The notes: generated from the sequence alone by a model not told the origin. A stretch of 32,000 nt of DNA from Candidatus Saccharimonadota bacterium (GCA_046350815.1 JAXLZO010000001.1:780001-812000); one strand, 5' to 3'. Shown: positions 19,189 through 29,690, counted from the first letter of the stretch. Numbers and translations are program-made.

Positions 19189-20697
19189 ATGTCTGGTGTT
19201 TCTGTAATTGATCGACTTATTCGTGAGGTCCAAGAGCAAATTGAGAGTACTGATTTGCACCCTGAGTTCCGCGAAAGTGGAGTTGTTCTCAGTGTTGCTG
19301 ACGGTATTGTTCGTGTAGGAGGCCTGCGAAGTGTTGCCTATAATGAAGTTGTTATTTTTGAGTCTGGCGCACAATGAGTTGCACTCAATCTTGAAGAATT
19401 TAGTATCTGAGTTGTCGTTCTGAGTGGTTTTGAAACACTCAAGGAATGAATGTCTGCACAGGCATCTGGTCGTATTCTCGAGGTTCCAGTATGACCAGCT
19501 CTTGTTGGTCGTGTTGTAGATGCACTTGGAAACCCTATAGACAATCTTGGTCCGATCCAAGCAACAGAGTTCTACCCAACAGAACGTGTTGCGATGGGTG
19601 TTATGAGTCGAAAATCAGTACATGAACCGATGGCCACAGGTATTAAAGCAATTGATGCACTTGTTCCAATTGGACGAGGACAACGAGAACTTATCATTGG
19701 TGATCGTCAAACAGGAAAAACACAAATTGCCATTGATGCTATCTTGAATCAAAAAGGGAACGGCATGAAGTGTTTTTATGTGGCTATTGGTCAAAAAGAG
19801 TCAAAAGTTGTCTCTATTGTAGAAGAGCTTCGCAAGGCGGGCGCTATGGAATATACAACTGTTATTGTTGCATCAGCTTCATCTCCTGCGGCGATGCAAT
19901 GGCTTGCTCCATATGCCGGTTGCGCTATGGCTGAGTATTTCATGATACATGGAGAACATGCACTCATCATTTATGATGATCTCACAAAGCACGCAAATGC
20001 CTATCGTGAGATGTCACTTCTTCTTCGTCGTCCACCAGGTCGTGAAGCGTATCCAGGTGATGTATTCTATCTACACTCTCGTCTTCTTGAGCGTTCTGCA
20101 AAGCTCAATGATGAGCTTGGTGCTGGTTCTATGACTGCACTCCCGATCATTGAGACTCAGGCAGGAGATATTTCTGCTTATGTTCCAACCAACGTAATTT
20201 CAATTACTGATGGTCAGATATTTCTCGAATCAACTCTCTTTAATGCAGGTATCAAACCAGCAATTAATGTAGGAAACTCTGTATCTCGTGTTGGTGGATC
20301 TGCTCAGACAAAGGCTATGAAGCGAGTTGCAGGTACACTCAAGCTTGATCTTGCACAATTTCGTGAACTTGAGGCATTCTCACAATTTGCATCTGATCTT
20401 GATGCTGACACACGAGGACAGCTCGAGCGAGGTCGTCGTATGGTCGAGATTCTCAAGCAAGATCTCTCAAAACCTCTTTCATTTGATAGACAGGTAGCAA
20501 TTATCTTTGCTGGAGCCAATGGATATCTTGATAAAGTATCGATTGCGAAGATTCGTGAATTTGAATATGAACTCTTCTTGGCACTTGATCAAGAAGGAAA
20601 AACACTTGAGGCAATCCGTTCCACTAAGGATCTCTCTGATGATTCAAAAGCAGCACTGAAGGTTATACTTGATCAATTGGTACTTCGTTTTGTATAA
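19189..20697 (+). CDS. atpA: F0F1 ATP synthase subunit alpha
   Basis: Frame 1 with 4 in-frame TGA in the N-terminal barrel, all at conserved Gly (AQ-G-VALNLE, SI-G-VVV, KE-G-M, EVPV-G-PALVGR). Walker A motif GDRQTGKT. Stop is TAA. Confidence 0.97.
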
Positions 20698-20699
20698 TT

Positions 20700-21602
20700 A
20701 TGGCATCACCGAAAGAAATCAAATCCCGCATCAAGTCGGTTAAGAATACCGTAAAAATCACTCGAGCTATGGAGCTGATTTCTACGGTGAAGATGAAGAA
20801 GGCGCAAGAGAAAGTATTTTCTCTTCGTCCTTTTGCGCGTGAGGCAAATATTCTGCTCTCCTCTCTTCCAGAAGAGGTAAAATTTGATCAAAAAATAACC
20901 GGTAATAAGACTCTGATTATTGCTATTGGTTCAAGCAAATGACTTTGTGGATGATATAACATCTCGATATTTCGCGCTCTTGCAGCTCTTCATAAATCTC
21001 TCAAGGGAGAGATTTGTGATTATATTACTATTGGTAAAAAAGCTCGTGATTTTGTAGCACGTACAGGTGGAAATATCGTTGAGGATTTTGATATTGCGAG
21101 ATCAACACAAAAAGAACTTGCAAAACAAGCGAAAAATCTCTCTCGATCTATTATTAAGCTCTATCAATCATGAGAGTATTCTCGTGTAGTGATTGTCTAT
21201 AATCACTATTTTTCAGCTATATCCCAAGTTGCTCTGACGAAGACTATTCTTCCTATGACAGCGAAAGATATACGAGAGTTTCTTACATCAATTGATCCAA
21301 AATATCATTCAACTGATCATGGAGATGGGGTGAAAAATATAACTCTTGAGCCAAGTGTTGGATATCTCATAGAGCGAATGATTCCATTTATATTGGATAT
21401 CATGATTGAAGAAATATATAGTGAAACACTTGCATCAGAGCACGCAGCGCGTATGTTTGCCATGAAGAATGCAAAAGATGCGGCAGGAAAGAAGGTGAAG
21501 ACTCTTACCGTGAGTTATAACAAATCTCGTCAAAGTGCTATTACCAAAGAGGTATCTGAGATTGTCTCGGGTGTAGAGAGTCTCAAGGAGGTGGCTGTTT
21601 AG
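20700..21602 (+). CDS. atpG: F0F1 ATP synthase subunit gamma
   Basis: Frame-3 fragments join across 3 in-frame TGA. It reads IKSVKNTVKITRAMELIS..SK-G-LCG-G-YN..SEHAARMFAMKNA. Stop is TAG. Confidence 0.92.
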
Positions 21603-21617
21603 AACTCAAATAGTAAT

Positions 21618-21660
21618 AAACATAAAAAATACCAGAATCTGGTATTTTTTATGTTTATTT
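21618..21660 (+). terminator. strong intrinsic terminator after atpG
   Basis: 17-bp perfect stem AAACATAAAAAATACCA / TGGTATTTTTTATGTTT with loop GAATC. Confidence 0.75.
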
Positions 21661-21708
21661 TTAGGAGTATTTGACTATGCTTCTCTGAACACACTGCTCA
21701 TAATTATT

Positions 21709-22665
21709 ATGGTTTCTATACTCCCACATCTTCTTTTTCTCTTTGGAGCAAATCTTCTTCTTCTGATTTTCATTCGAAAAAATCTTACAGTAACTTGGGG
21801 GAATATTGTTCAATTTTTCTTGTATGGAATAATGGCTGCTATTATTCTCAAACTGTTTATCTATAGTATTGGCAAGGAAATGTCAGTGGATCTTTATTTT
21901 TTCCAAATTCAGATTGTTGCTAAAGATGCAATTGGCAATTTTCAGGACTCTTACACTACACTTCTTCAACGATTCTCAGTAGAGTATTCATTTCTCTTTG
22001 CTCTCGGTATTACGGTGCTTCCAGCAATTCTTGAGGAGATATGCAAGTTTTTGCTCCTTCGTATGCACGTGCGAAATACAAGCATTCCTTTTCGATCCAT
22101 TCGAGATTATATTTATGCCATGATTGTTATTGCACTCGGATTCTCTTTTATAGAGAATATTCTCTATCTCAAAGATTATCTTGCTCTCGGTTATAGTGGT
22201 TGACTATTGTTTCAGCTTATCTTCTTGCGACTTTGCATGAGCACAACATCTCATGTTCTTTTTTCAGGAATCATTGCTTATTACTATGCACGATATAGGT
22301 TTTCAAATTATGATCTTGTGGAGAGTGGTTTCCTTGTGAAATATAGAACTCTAATAGCATATCTGAAAAAATTACATATTTTTCATGCATGAACTTTTTC
22401 ATTCTTCTATAGCACTAGAATTATTATTGTTGGCTTGTTTCTCGGAATTTTTTCCCATATTCTCTACAATCTCTTTCTTTATCTGCATTTAGAGCTCATC
22501 TCTTTGGGATTTCTCTCTATTACATTTTTTTGCTTCTTTTATATGGTTCTTTCACGCAGGGACATTGGTATGAATATTGCGGGTATTCAAGAGAAGATTG
22601 CAATTCTCAAAGAGCTCAAAGGTCTTGATGAGCGTAAGAAGAAAATATGGAGCGAGAACAAATAA
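21709..22665 (+). CDS. PrsW-family intramembrane metalloprotease-like membrane protein (318 aa)
   Basis: Frame-1 fragments join across 2 in-frame TGA. Polytopic membrane protein with PrsW-type motifs ILEEICKF, GFSFIENILY and TSHVLFSG. Stop is TAA. Confidence 0.7.
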
Positions 22666-22688
22666 AAATACCGGAATTCCGGTATTTT
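22665..22688. terminator. perfect 24-nt palindrome, bidirectional terminator candidate
   Basis: AAAATACCGGAATTCCGGTATTTT between convergent genes. Confidence 0.65.
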
Positions 22689-22706
22689 ACTACAGAAGTT
22701 AAAGCT

Positions 22707-24707
22707 TTATTTTAGACTGCCTGTACTTGTTGATCAGGTGTTTGTATTTGCTACAGTTTTTGTTCCACCTCCTGAATAGATAGTTGTACCATTCCATTTG
22801 CAGAGCACAACACTTGAGGTCGGTATGGATGGAAGATAGTTAGTACATCTTGTCAGTGCTCATGATTCAGAGATGTTGTATTCTGGGTTCCAAGCTTGAT
22901 TATTGACCCACATATCCATTTTTCCAAGAGATGTTGTAGATCATGAACTTGTTACACCCGTTGAGGTTGATCCAGCGCCAGCAGGCGTTGTTTTTACTTG
23001 TGAAAAAATTGTTTTTCCATTCCAAATACATGTAAGATACGTAGATTTTGGATCACTTTCATATTTCTTCCATGTACTTTCACATATAGCTTTAGCTTCA
23101 ATTTCAGCTATGTTATATCTTCCAGATTTATCGATAAGAAAATCGGTTTGTATAGTAAGAGTCCCAAGAGGAATTGCTCCAGTTGAGGTTGATCCAGCGC
23201 CAGCAGGCGTTGTTTTTACTTGTGAAAAAATTGTTTTTCCATTCCAAATACATGTAAGATACGTAGATTTTGGATCACTTTCATATTTCTTCCATGTACT
23301 TTCACATATAGCTTTAGCTTCAATTTCAGCTATGTTATATCTTCCAGATTTATCGATAAGAAAATCGGTTTGTATAGTAAGAGTCCCAAGAGGAATTGCT
23401 CCAGTTGAGGTTGAACTTCCTGTGCCTGCTGGTGTAGCTGGAGTTGTTGGCTTTGGTGTGGTTGTAGTTGTAGTACCAGTGTTAGTTACTACTCGCGTTC
23501 CATACCCCTTTGAAAGCTCTTTCGTTCCATTCCAGACGCAGGAAAATTTACTACTTGCAGGAAATCGTGACGCGAGCTCTGCACAGTAGTTAATTGCCTC
23601 TTTTTCATTGAGCTTGTAGGTATTGTAGATATCTGGTTGATTTTTACCATCAACTGTGACAGTGATACTCGCAAGTACATCCGCTGGTTTAGTTGGAGTG
23701 ATAACACCACTTGCAGTAGATCCTGTATTTACGGGTATTTTTGGTACAACTACTGTTCCAGTAGAGATTGATCCACTATTTGATGATGAAGGTTTTGTCT
23801 TTGAAAAAATTGTTTTTCCATTCCAAATACATGTAAGTTGTGTAGACTTTGGATCATTTTCATATTTTCTCCATGTACTTTCACATACAGCTTTAGCTTC
23901 AGTCTCAGCTATATTATACCTTGCAGACTTATCAATAGAAAAATTAGTATTTATAGTAAGCGTACCAAGAGTTATTGCTCCAGTTGATGTTGAGCTTCCT
24001 GTGCTTACTGGAGTTGCTGGTTTTGGTGTGGTTGTAGTACCAGTGCTAGTACCAGTTACCACTTTTGTTCCGTATCATTTAGATAATTCCTTTCCGTTCC
24101 AAATACATGAAAATTTACTGGTTGTTAGAACAAGCTTTGCATACTCTGTACAGTAGAGATTTGCATATGTTTCACCGAATTTAGATGTATTGTAGAAAGC
24201 AGGCTGATTTTTACCATCAACTGTGATAGTAAGACTTGCAAGTACATCCACTGGTTTAGTAGGTGTACTTGGACGAATCACTACTTCACCGGAAATACTT
24301 GGTGTTGGTACCACTCATCTTGAGAAAATTTCAACTCCATTCCATGTACAACGAATATTACTGTTCATGTTATTCGCTGAATTTTGTTTGCAGTTTGAAT
24401 ACGCTTCCTCCTTTGTAATGCTCGCAGTTGAGATAAAGAGTCGACCATTCATAAAGCCTTCATATTTTCATTTGTTTGTAACAATAACCTCGCCCGAGAT
24501 ACTTGGCTTTGATGGAGTCACACCCCAAGGATTCTTATTAATAACAGCGGGTGTAACTGGCTTTGTTGGTACACTATACATACGAGAACGAAAAATATTG
24601 GATACAAGTGCTTCTTGCATACCAGGATTCGCGAACATAAGTACGCTACCAACACTGATGACACCAAGTACTCATGAGAGTATCATGGTAGATTTTTGCA
24701 TTTTCAT
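22707..24707 (-). CDS. secreted repeat protein with seven two-cysteine '..C.WNG' modules (666 aa), uncharacterised family
   Basis: Minus-strand frame from ATG 24707 to TAA 22707-22709 contains fragments 24075..24314 and 22941..24062 and 7 in-frame TGA. N-terminal signal/anchor MKMQKSTMILS-G-VLGVISVGSVLMFA. Modules of about 55-60 aa are separated by T/P/S/G-rich linkers. Confidence 0.8.
22960..23403. repeat. perfect tandem duplication, 2 x 222 bp (one 74-aa module plus linker), in frame within the repeat protein
   Basis: 22960-23181 is identical to 23182-23403, and identity continues 11 nt into a third unit. A diverged (not perfectly matching) copy lies at about 23790-24010. Confidence 0.95.
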
Positions 24708-24820
24708 AGAGAAAAAAACAAGATATAAAAAAGAAAAGCATGAATGAAGAGGGGAATATCCCTTCAAATCAGGATTATGCTATCCTATTATTTCTTGTTT
24801 GTCGAAATTTATGAATTGAC

Positions 24821-24842
24821 ATATAACATATTTATGTTATAT
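24821..24842. promoter_or_regulatory. 10-bp inverted repeat (operator-like) overlapping a promoter-like TTGACA..TATAAA
   Basis: ATATAACATA-TT-TATGTTATAT in the divergent intergenic region. TTGACA at 24816-24821 and TATAAA at 24840-24845. Confidence 0.35.
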
Positions 24843-24984
24843 AAAAATAAATATACTTTTTTCAAAGCCAGCAAAGACTCTCTCTGTGTATTGAAGATTT
24901 CTCGAGTAAAAAAATGATCATTTTTTGGATTTTTTTGAAAAAATAGGGTAGAGTAGGTGGGTAATTATTTTTAAATAAAAGTAT

Positions 24985-25710
24985 ATGTCATCACCAGAAA
25001 TGAAAGAATTTGAAGATCTTACAAATGTAAAAGATGGAGCAAAAGATTCATTGGATCGTACAAATGATGCAAAGAGTGATATAGCGGATCTGCGAAGAGA
25101 GAATACAAAATGAGCAGAGAAAGTAGTAAATATGAAGAAGGCTGTATCGGATAGCCAAGCTGCTCAAGCGATTGATATTCGGCAAAAGCAAGAGCTTGCT
25201 TCGCTGAGTCAGGTACATCGAAATGATGTAGGTAGACTTGATTCAAGCACTCAGATGTGCTTAGGTGGTGGAATTAATGACATGATGAATCCAGATTATT
25301 TTAGGGATTTTTTGATAACTGCTGGTGAGTCGCCCGATAAACAGCGACCATCGTATACTCTCAATAAGTCAAATGTCACAGCTCAAGCATCTGAGCAGGT
25401 GCATAGATCAACACAACAGATTCGTGCGTGATTAAATATACAATCTTTTTCTGATGATTTTTCTGGGTTGCAAGATCTGACAAATATTCGAATCAATTCT
25501 AATAGAGAGCTAAATTATGATGTAAACTGAGAATCTCCCATCAGTTCAAGCCATGATATACTTACAACCAATGCGATGAGGTGAAGTGAGGGTATTCCGA
25601 ATTTGTGATCTATTTCTACATGATTTCAAAATGTATCGCTTTCAAAACCAAAAGCAGAGCAAGTACCAGATACAAAACCAAAATCAACAAACCGAATTGC
25701 AAGTAAATAA
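24985..25710 (+). CDS. hypothetical protein (241 aa)
   Basis: Frame 1 from ATG 24985 through 6 in-frame TGA (includes the 25132..25431 fragment) to TAA 25708-25710. No recognisable domain and no TM segment. Confidence 0.55.
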
Positions 25711-25713
25711 ATA

Positions 25714-25750
25714 AAAAATCCTCTCAAGAACTCTTGAGAGGATTTTAAAT
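25714..25750. terminator. hairpin terminator (12-bp perfect stem)
   Basis: ATCCTCTCAAGA, loop AC, TCTTGAGAGGAT, then TTTT. Confidence 0.7.
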
Positions 25751-25757
25751 TTTCATT

Positions 25758-25842
25758 TGGTGCCCAGAGCGGGACTTGAACCCGCACGCTTTAGAGGCAA
25801 AGGATTTTGAGTCCTTCGTGTCTACCATTCCACCATCTGGGC
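25758..25842 (-). tRNA. tRNA-Leu (anticodon CAA), type II with long variable arm, encoded CCA
   Basis: The reverse complement folds as a cloverleaf. Acceptor GCCCAGA/TCTGGGC. Anticodon stem AAGGA/TCCTT with loop CTCAAAA. T-arm CGGG-TTCAAGT-CCCG. Discriminator A followed by CCA. Confidence 0.9.
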
Positions 25843-25895
25843 AAATATCGAAAGCCCGAAAATCTTATAGATTTCAAGCTTTTTCGCAAACTATT

Positions 25896-26510
25896 TTATT
25901 TTTTATCCAGACAGAGAAAATATTCTTCAAAACTTCGATCACGACATGCCTCTGGTTTGCAGCGTCGGAGAGTCTTGTATTTTGCTTTTATTGGACCGAT
26001 AAGGTCATTTACATCTTCTCAGACAAATACTTTAAGAAGGAGATTAGCATGTGGTTTGAGATAAGTGTCGGCAATATCAAGAATAGCCAGATTAAGTTCT
26101 ACTGATCTATATTGATCAACACCGGTCATTCCTGTGGTATTTGGTGCGATATCAGAGGTGATCAGATCAACCTGGTTGATCTGATGTTTGAGAAGGAGTG
26201 CATCGATCGTCTCTCGTTGGAATACATCCCCAACGGTGACAAAGACATTTTTTTTGCCAAGTGGTTTAATCTCCTGAATATCCGCACCAAAGACTTTTCC
26301 CTCTGCTCCCACTCTTCGCGCAAGGACCTGCAAGAAACTCCCAGGAGCGCTCGCAAGATCGAGTACCGTCATTCATGGTTTTATAATATGATGCTGCTCA
26401 TCTATCTCCATAAGCTTGAATGCGCTCCGAGCTCGAAATCATTGTTTTTTGGCTTCCCAATAGTATGGATCCTTTACTTGAAAGTGGTGTGGTTTTTTCT
26501 GTTTTGACAT
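25896..26510 (-). CDS. rlmE: 23S rRNA (uridine-2'-O)-methyltransferase RlmE/FtsJ
   Basis: Minus-strand frame from ATG 26510 through 3 in-frame TGA to TAA 25896-25898. It reads ..KKQ-G-FRARSAFKLMEID..KP-G-MTVLDLASAPGSFLQV..LITSDIAPNTTG. Confidence 0.88.
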
Positions 26511-26553
26511 ATGTGAGTGAGTCTCTATACTGAGAGCTTTACTCTACCGGAGA

Positions 26554-27573
26554 ATGTCAGAAAAGCAAGTCATCATCGATCAAATTGTTCAAGTATTTCG
26601 TGATTCACATCGAATCCTTTTCACTGCGGGTGCAAATCTTGATGGTGATGCTTTTGGGTCGCTCCTAGCTCTCGATGAGGTTGCTCGGTCTCTTGGGAAG
26701 GAGACTTGTATCCTCAATGAGAAATCACTCGATTCATATTATTCGTTCATTCCAGATCATACTCCGATAGTTCCTCTTATTCCAGATGGATTCAACCCAG
26801 ATCTTATTGTGATAACCGACACAGGAGATCTTGGTCTGCTTGGGAAGATATGTCAGCAATATTTGTCAATTTTTCAGAGTATACCAATAGTAAATATTGA
26901 TCATCATTCGACGAATACAGAGTTCGGAACATACAATCTTATTGATGTGAGTGTTTCATCTGCATGTGAGTTGACTGCAGAGGTAATCGAGGCGATCATT
27001 CCAGAGACGCAAAATGCATGTTTTAGCAAAACATTGAGCTCTTATCTCATGCTTGGGGTTTTCTATGATACGAATTGTTTTCGTAATCAGAATACGAATG
27101 CAAAGACTTTTGCATTTATGAGCCGTCTCCTTGCGTGTGGTGCCTGTTATTTTACCTTTGTAAAACACCTCTACAAATCTCGATCTATTTCAGAGATGCG
27201 ACTCTATGGGCATCTTCTGGATAACGCTATTGTATATGGAGATAATGGCGCTGTTGGCTGTATTATTGATCAGGCAACACTTCTTAAATACGGCGTGAGT
27301 GAAGATTCACTCGCCTCTGTGTTTAATAATGAGTTTCTCTCGACGATTCTTTGCGATTTTTCTTTCGTCGTCAAAGAATCTGATGATGGTCGTTATAAGA
27401 TAAGCCTCAGGACAAGTAAGGATGGTTATGACGTATCGCGACTTGCACAGATGCTCGGTGGTGGTGGCCATGTGAAAGCGGCAGGGGCAATCACAACGAA
27501 GTCGCTTCCTGAAATTTTGAATATTATCGAAACATACTACTATACATGGCAGACAGAGAAAAATCGAATATAA
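26554..27573 (+). CDS. nrnA: DHH-family phosphoesterase (NrnA-like oligoribonuclease/pAp phosphatase)
   Basis: Intact 339-aa ORF. DHH motifs DGDAFGS, ITDTG and NIDHH. DHHA1 motif GGGGHVKAAG. Confidence 0.8.
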   Translation: MSEKQVIIDQIVQVFRDSHRILFTAGANLDGDAFGSLLALDEVARSLGKETCILNEKSLDSYYSFIPDHTPIVPLIPDGFNPDLIVITDTGDLGLLGKICQQYLSIFQSIPIVNIDHHSTNTEFGTYNLIDVSVSSACELTAEVIEAIIPETQNACFSKTLSSYLMLGVFYDTNCFRNQNTNAKTFAFMSRLLACGACYFTFVKHLYKSRSISEMRLYGHLLDNAIVYGDNGAVGCIIDQATLLKYGVSEDSLASVFNNEFLSTILCDFSFVVKESDDGRYKISLRTSKDGYDVSRLAQMLGGGGHVKAAGAITTKSLPEILNIIETYYYTWQTEKNRI

Positions 27574-27593
27574 TACTGACCTAATAATTGCAT

Positions 27594-28406
27594 ATGAAAA
27601 TACTTGCATTCGGTGATATATTCGGGAGATGAGGTCGACGTGCACTGAAGGCTGCACTCCCATGATTGATTGAGCAATTTCGCCCAGATTTTATCATCGC
27701 GAATACTGAGAATCTCACCCACGGTAAATGACCGAGCATTGATCATTTGAATGATCTAGAAGCAAATTGAGTTGATATATTCATGTGAGGGAATCATCTT
27801 TTTACAAAAAAAGATGAGATTTTTGAATATCTCGATCGTCCAAATTCGCTACAGCTTCGCCCTGCAAACTATTTTTCTTCATCGCATTTCTCCTATCCTG
27901 GATCGGGGTATCGCATTTTTACAAAAGGGGATAAACGTCTTCTTGCTATTAATCTCATGTCGGGAGTATTTCTTAAAGATCAGATGGATAATCCCTTTCT
28001 CGTTGTAGATAAGATTCTAGAGGAGCAAAAAGGCATGTATGATGCGTGTGTTATAGACTTTCATCGTGAGACAACAGCAGAACTCGTATGTATGGCAGAA
28101 TGGGTGAAGGGGAGAGTATCTCTTATTTACGGAACACATACGCATGTTCAGACCAATGATGAACGAATCATTGAAGGTGGCACGGCTATGATGACGGATA
28201 TCGGTATGACTGGACCAATTCACTCGGCTATAGGTCAGGATTTTGAATCACGCATTGCAGGTTTTGTAAGTGGAAGTGGAGCATTTGTCATCAAACCTGT
28301 ACCTATGGAACATGGACCAATGGTGGTTACAGGAGTATTTGTTGAGACGGGTGATTCTGGGAGAGCAATACATATTGAAAAAATTCGTATTACCTCAGAT
28401 GAGTAG
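27594..28406 (+). CDS. ymdB: YmdB-family metallophosphoesterase (2',3'-cyclic-nucleotide phosphodiesterase-like)
   Basis: Frame 3 from ATG 27594 through 5 in-frame TGA into the 27957..28406 fragment. It reads MKILAFGDIFGR-G-GRR..FIIANTENLTHGK-G-..M-G-GNH..DFHRETTAE..GTHTHVQTND. Confidence 0.85.
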
Positions 28407-28410
28407 TAGT

Positions 28411-29535
28411 ATGCAGGAGAAACAAGAAAAAGTACTCGTACTGCATGATTTTTTTCTCTATCGTGGGTGAGCTGAGAGATATAATCTGATGCTTGCTGAT
28501 GCACTGTGTGCGGATATTGCAGCGTCATTTTGGTCTGATGAGGCAAGAGGAATGATGGTCTGAGATGGGGGAGGGAAGAGGATATCATTTGCTCGTGAAT
28601 CTATTGGTTGGTGAATTCCGTGACTGAGACAGCTCTATCTTGCTTTCAAATTTCGCTTTTCCACCTGATTTGTTCGTGAGTATGATACAGTTATTTTCTC
28701 AAATGATGCTATCGCATCGGTAGGGAATGCACGAAACGATGCAAAGAAAATCTTCTTTGCACATTCGCTGCCACGCTACCTCTTTGATCGTCGAGAAGAA
28801 TATTATCACAAAGTACCATTTTTTCTCCGGCCGATCTACATCGTTTGTCGATATTTTCTTGAGCGACTTTTTTTTCGTGATCTTTCGCACATTGATACAA
28901 TTTGGACCAATTCTGAGCAACTTCGAGTGCAAATCAAACACTATACAGGTAGAGACGCGGAGGTAATCCATCCCCCTGTGAATCAGTTATATTTTTCTCA
29001 AGATGGATTGCGATATGATCCTGGATTTCGATATTTTCTCTCTTTTTCGAAGCTTTCCTATTTCAAGCGAATTGATCGTGTTATTGATGCTTTTGAGAGA
29101 CGGCCTGATCTTCATCTCGTTCTGATTTATGGAGAAAGAGATCCTGATAGAGATGAGCTTTTAGCTCGAGCATCGGCATCTCCCAATATCCATCCTGTTC
29201 GTCTTGAGGACAACAACCTCCTTCCAAGCTATATTCGCGGAGCAATAGCGACGATTTTTATCCCCAAGCATGAGGACTTCGGGATGGTGGCGATCGAGTC
29301 GCTCTCTTGCGGTACACCCGTAATCGGAGTGAATGAGTGAGGTCTTCGAGAGACGATTCAAGATGGTGTTAATGGAATCTTAGTACCGGAGTGAGCTCCG
29401 ATAGAGAGTCTTGATCGGGCGTTCACTCAGATGACGGAGTCCCGAGAGCACTATGCAAAAAATGCACGCTCATCGGTGAAATGTTTTGGTCTTGATGTAT
29501 TTACGAGAAAACTTGAGAAGATTATTCATTGATAA
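28411..29535 (+). CDS. glycosyltransferase family 4 (GT-B fold)
   Basis: Frame 1 from ATG 28411 through 8 in-frame TGA to TAA 29533-29535. It reads VLVLHDFFLYRG-G-AERY.. and [29 protein letters not shown]. Confidence 0.8.
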
Positions 29536-29551
29536 TCTTCTTGGTATGAAG

Positions 29552-29690
29552 CTGTAACGGTTTCGGGCTTTGCGTTCGGGCGGGTTTCGGAGCACAAAGT
29601 TTCAATTTATTACTAAAGTTCAATAGAGGCACAAAGCTCCAAATTTGCACGTCAGCCCGCCTGACGCAAAACCCGTGTTAGCGGTTCGTT
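29552..29690. repeat. GC-rich imperfect inverted-repeat element enclosing an AT-rich core with direct repeats
   Basis: Arms CTTTGCGTTCGGGCGGG (29568-29584) and CCCGCCTGACGCAAAA (29656-29671). Local hairpin CGTCAG-CCCGC-CTGACG (29650-29666). GCACAAAG appears twice (29592-29599 and 29629-29636). Confidence 0.55.

Noticed and set aside
22960-24010. Diversity-generating retroelement (template and variable repeat) explanation for the repeated 222-bp units
   Set aside because: No reverse transcriptase is present in the window. The two youngest copies are identical, rather than differing at adenine positions.
22903-24747. Plus-strand ORFs 22903-23589, 23656-24156 and 24223-24747, which themselves show internal repeats
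   Set aside because: They are the mirror image of the minus-strand repeat gene. The minus frame gives a coherent signal peptide, linkers and conserved Cys/WNG modules. The plus frames give hydrophobic nonsense.
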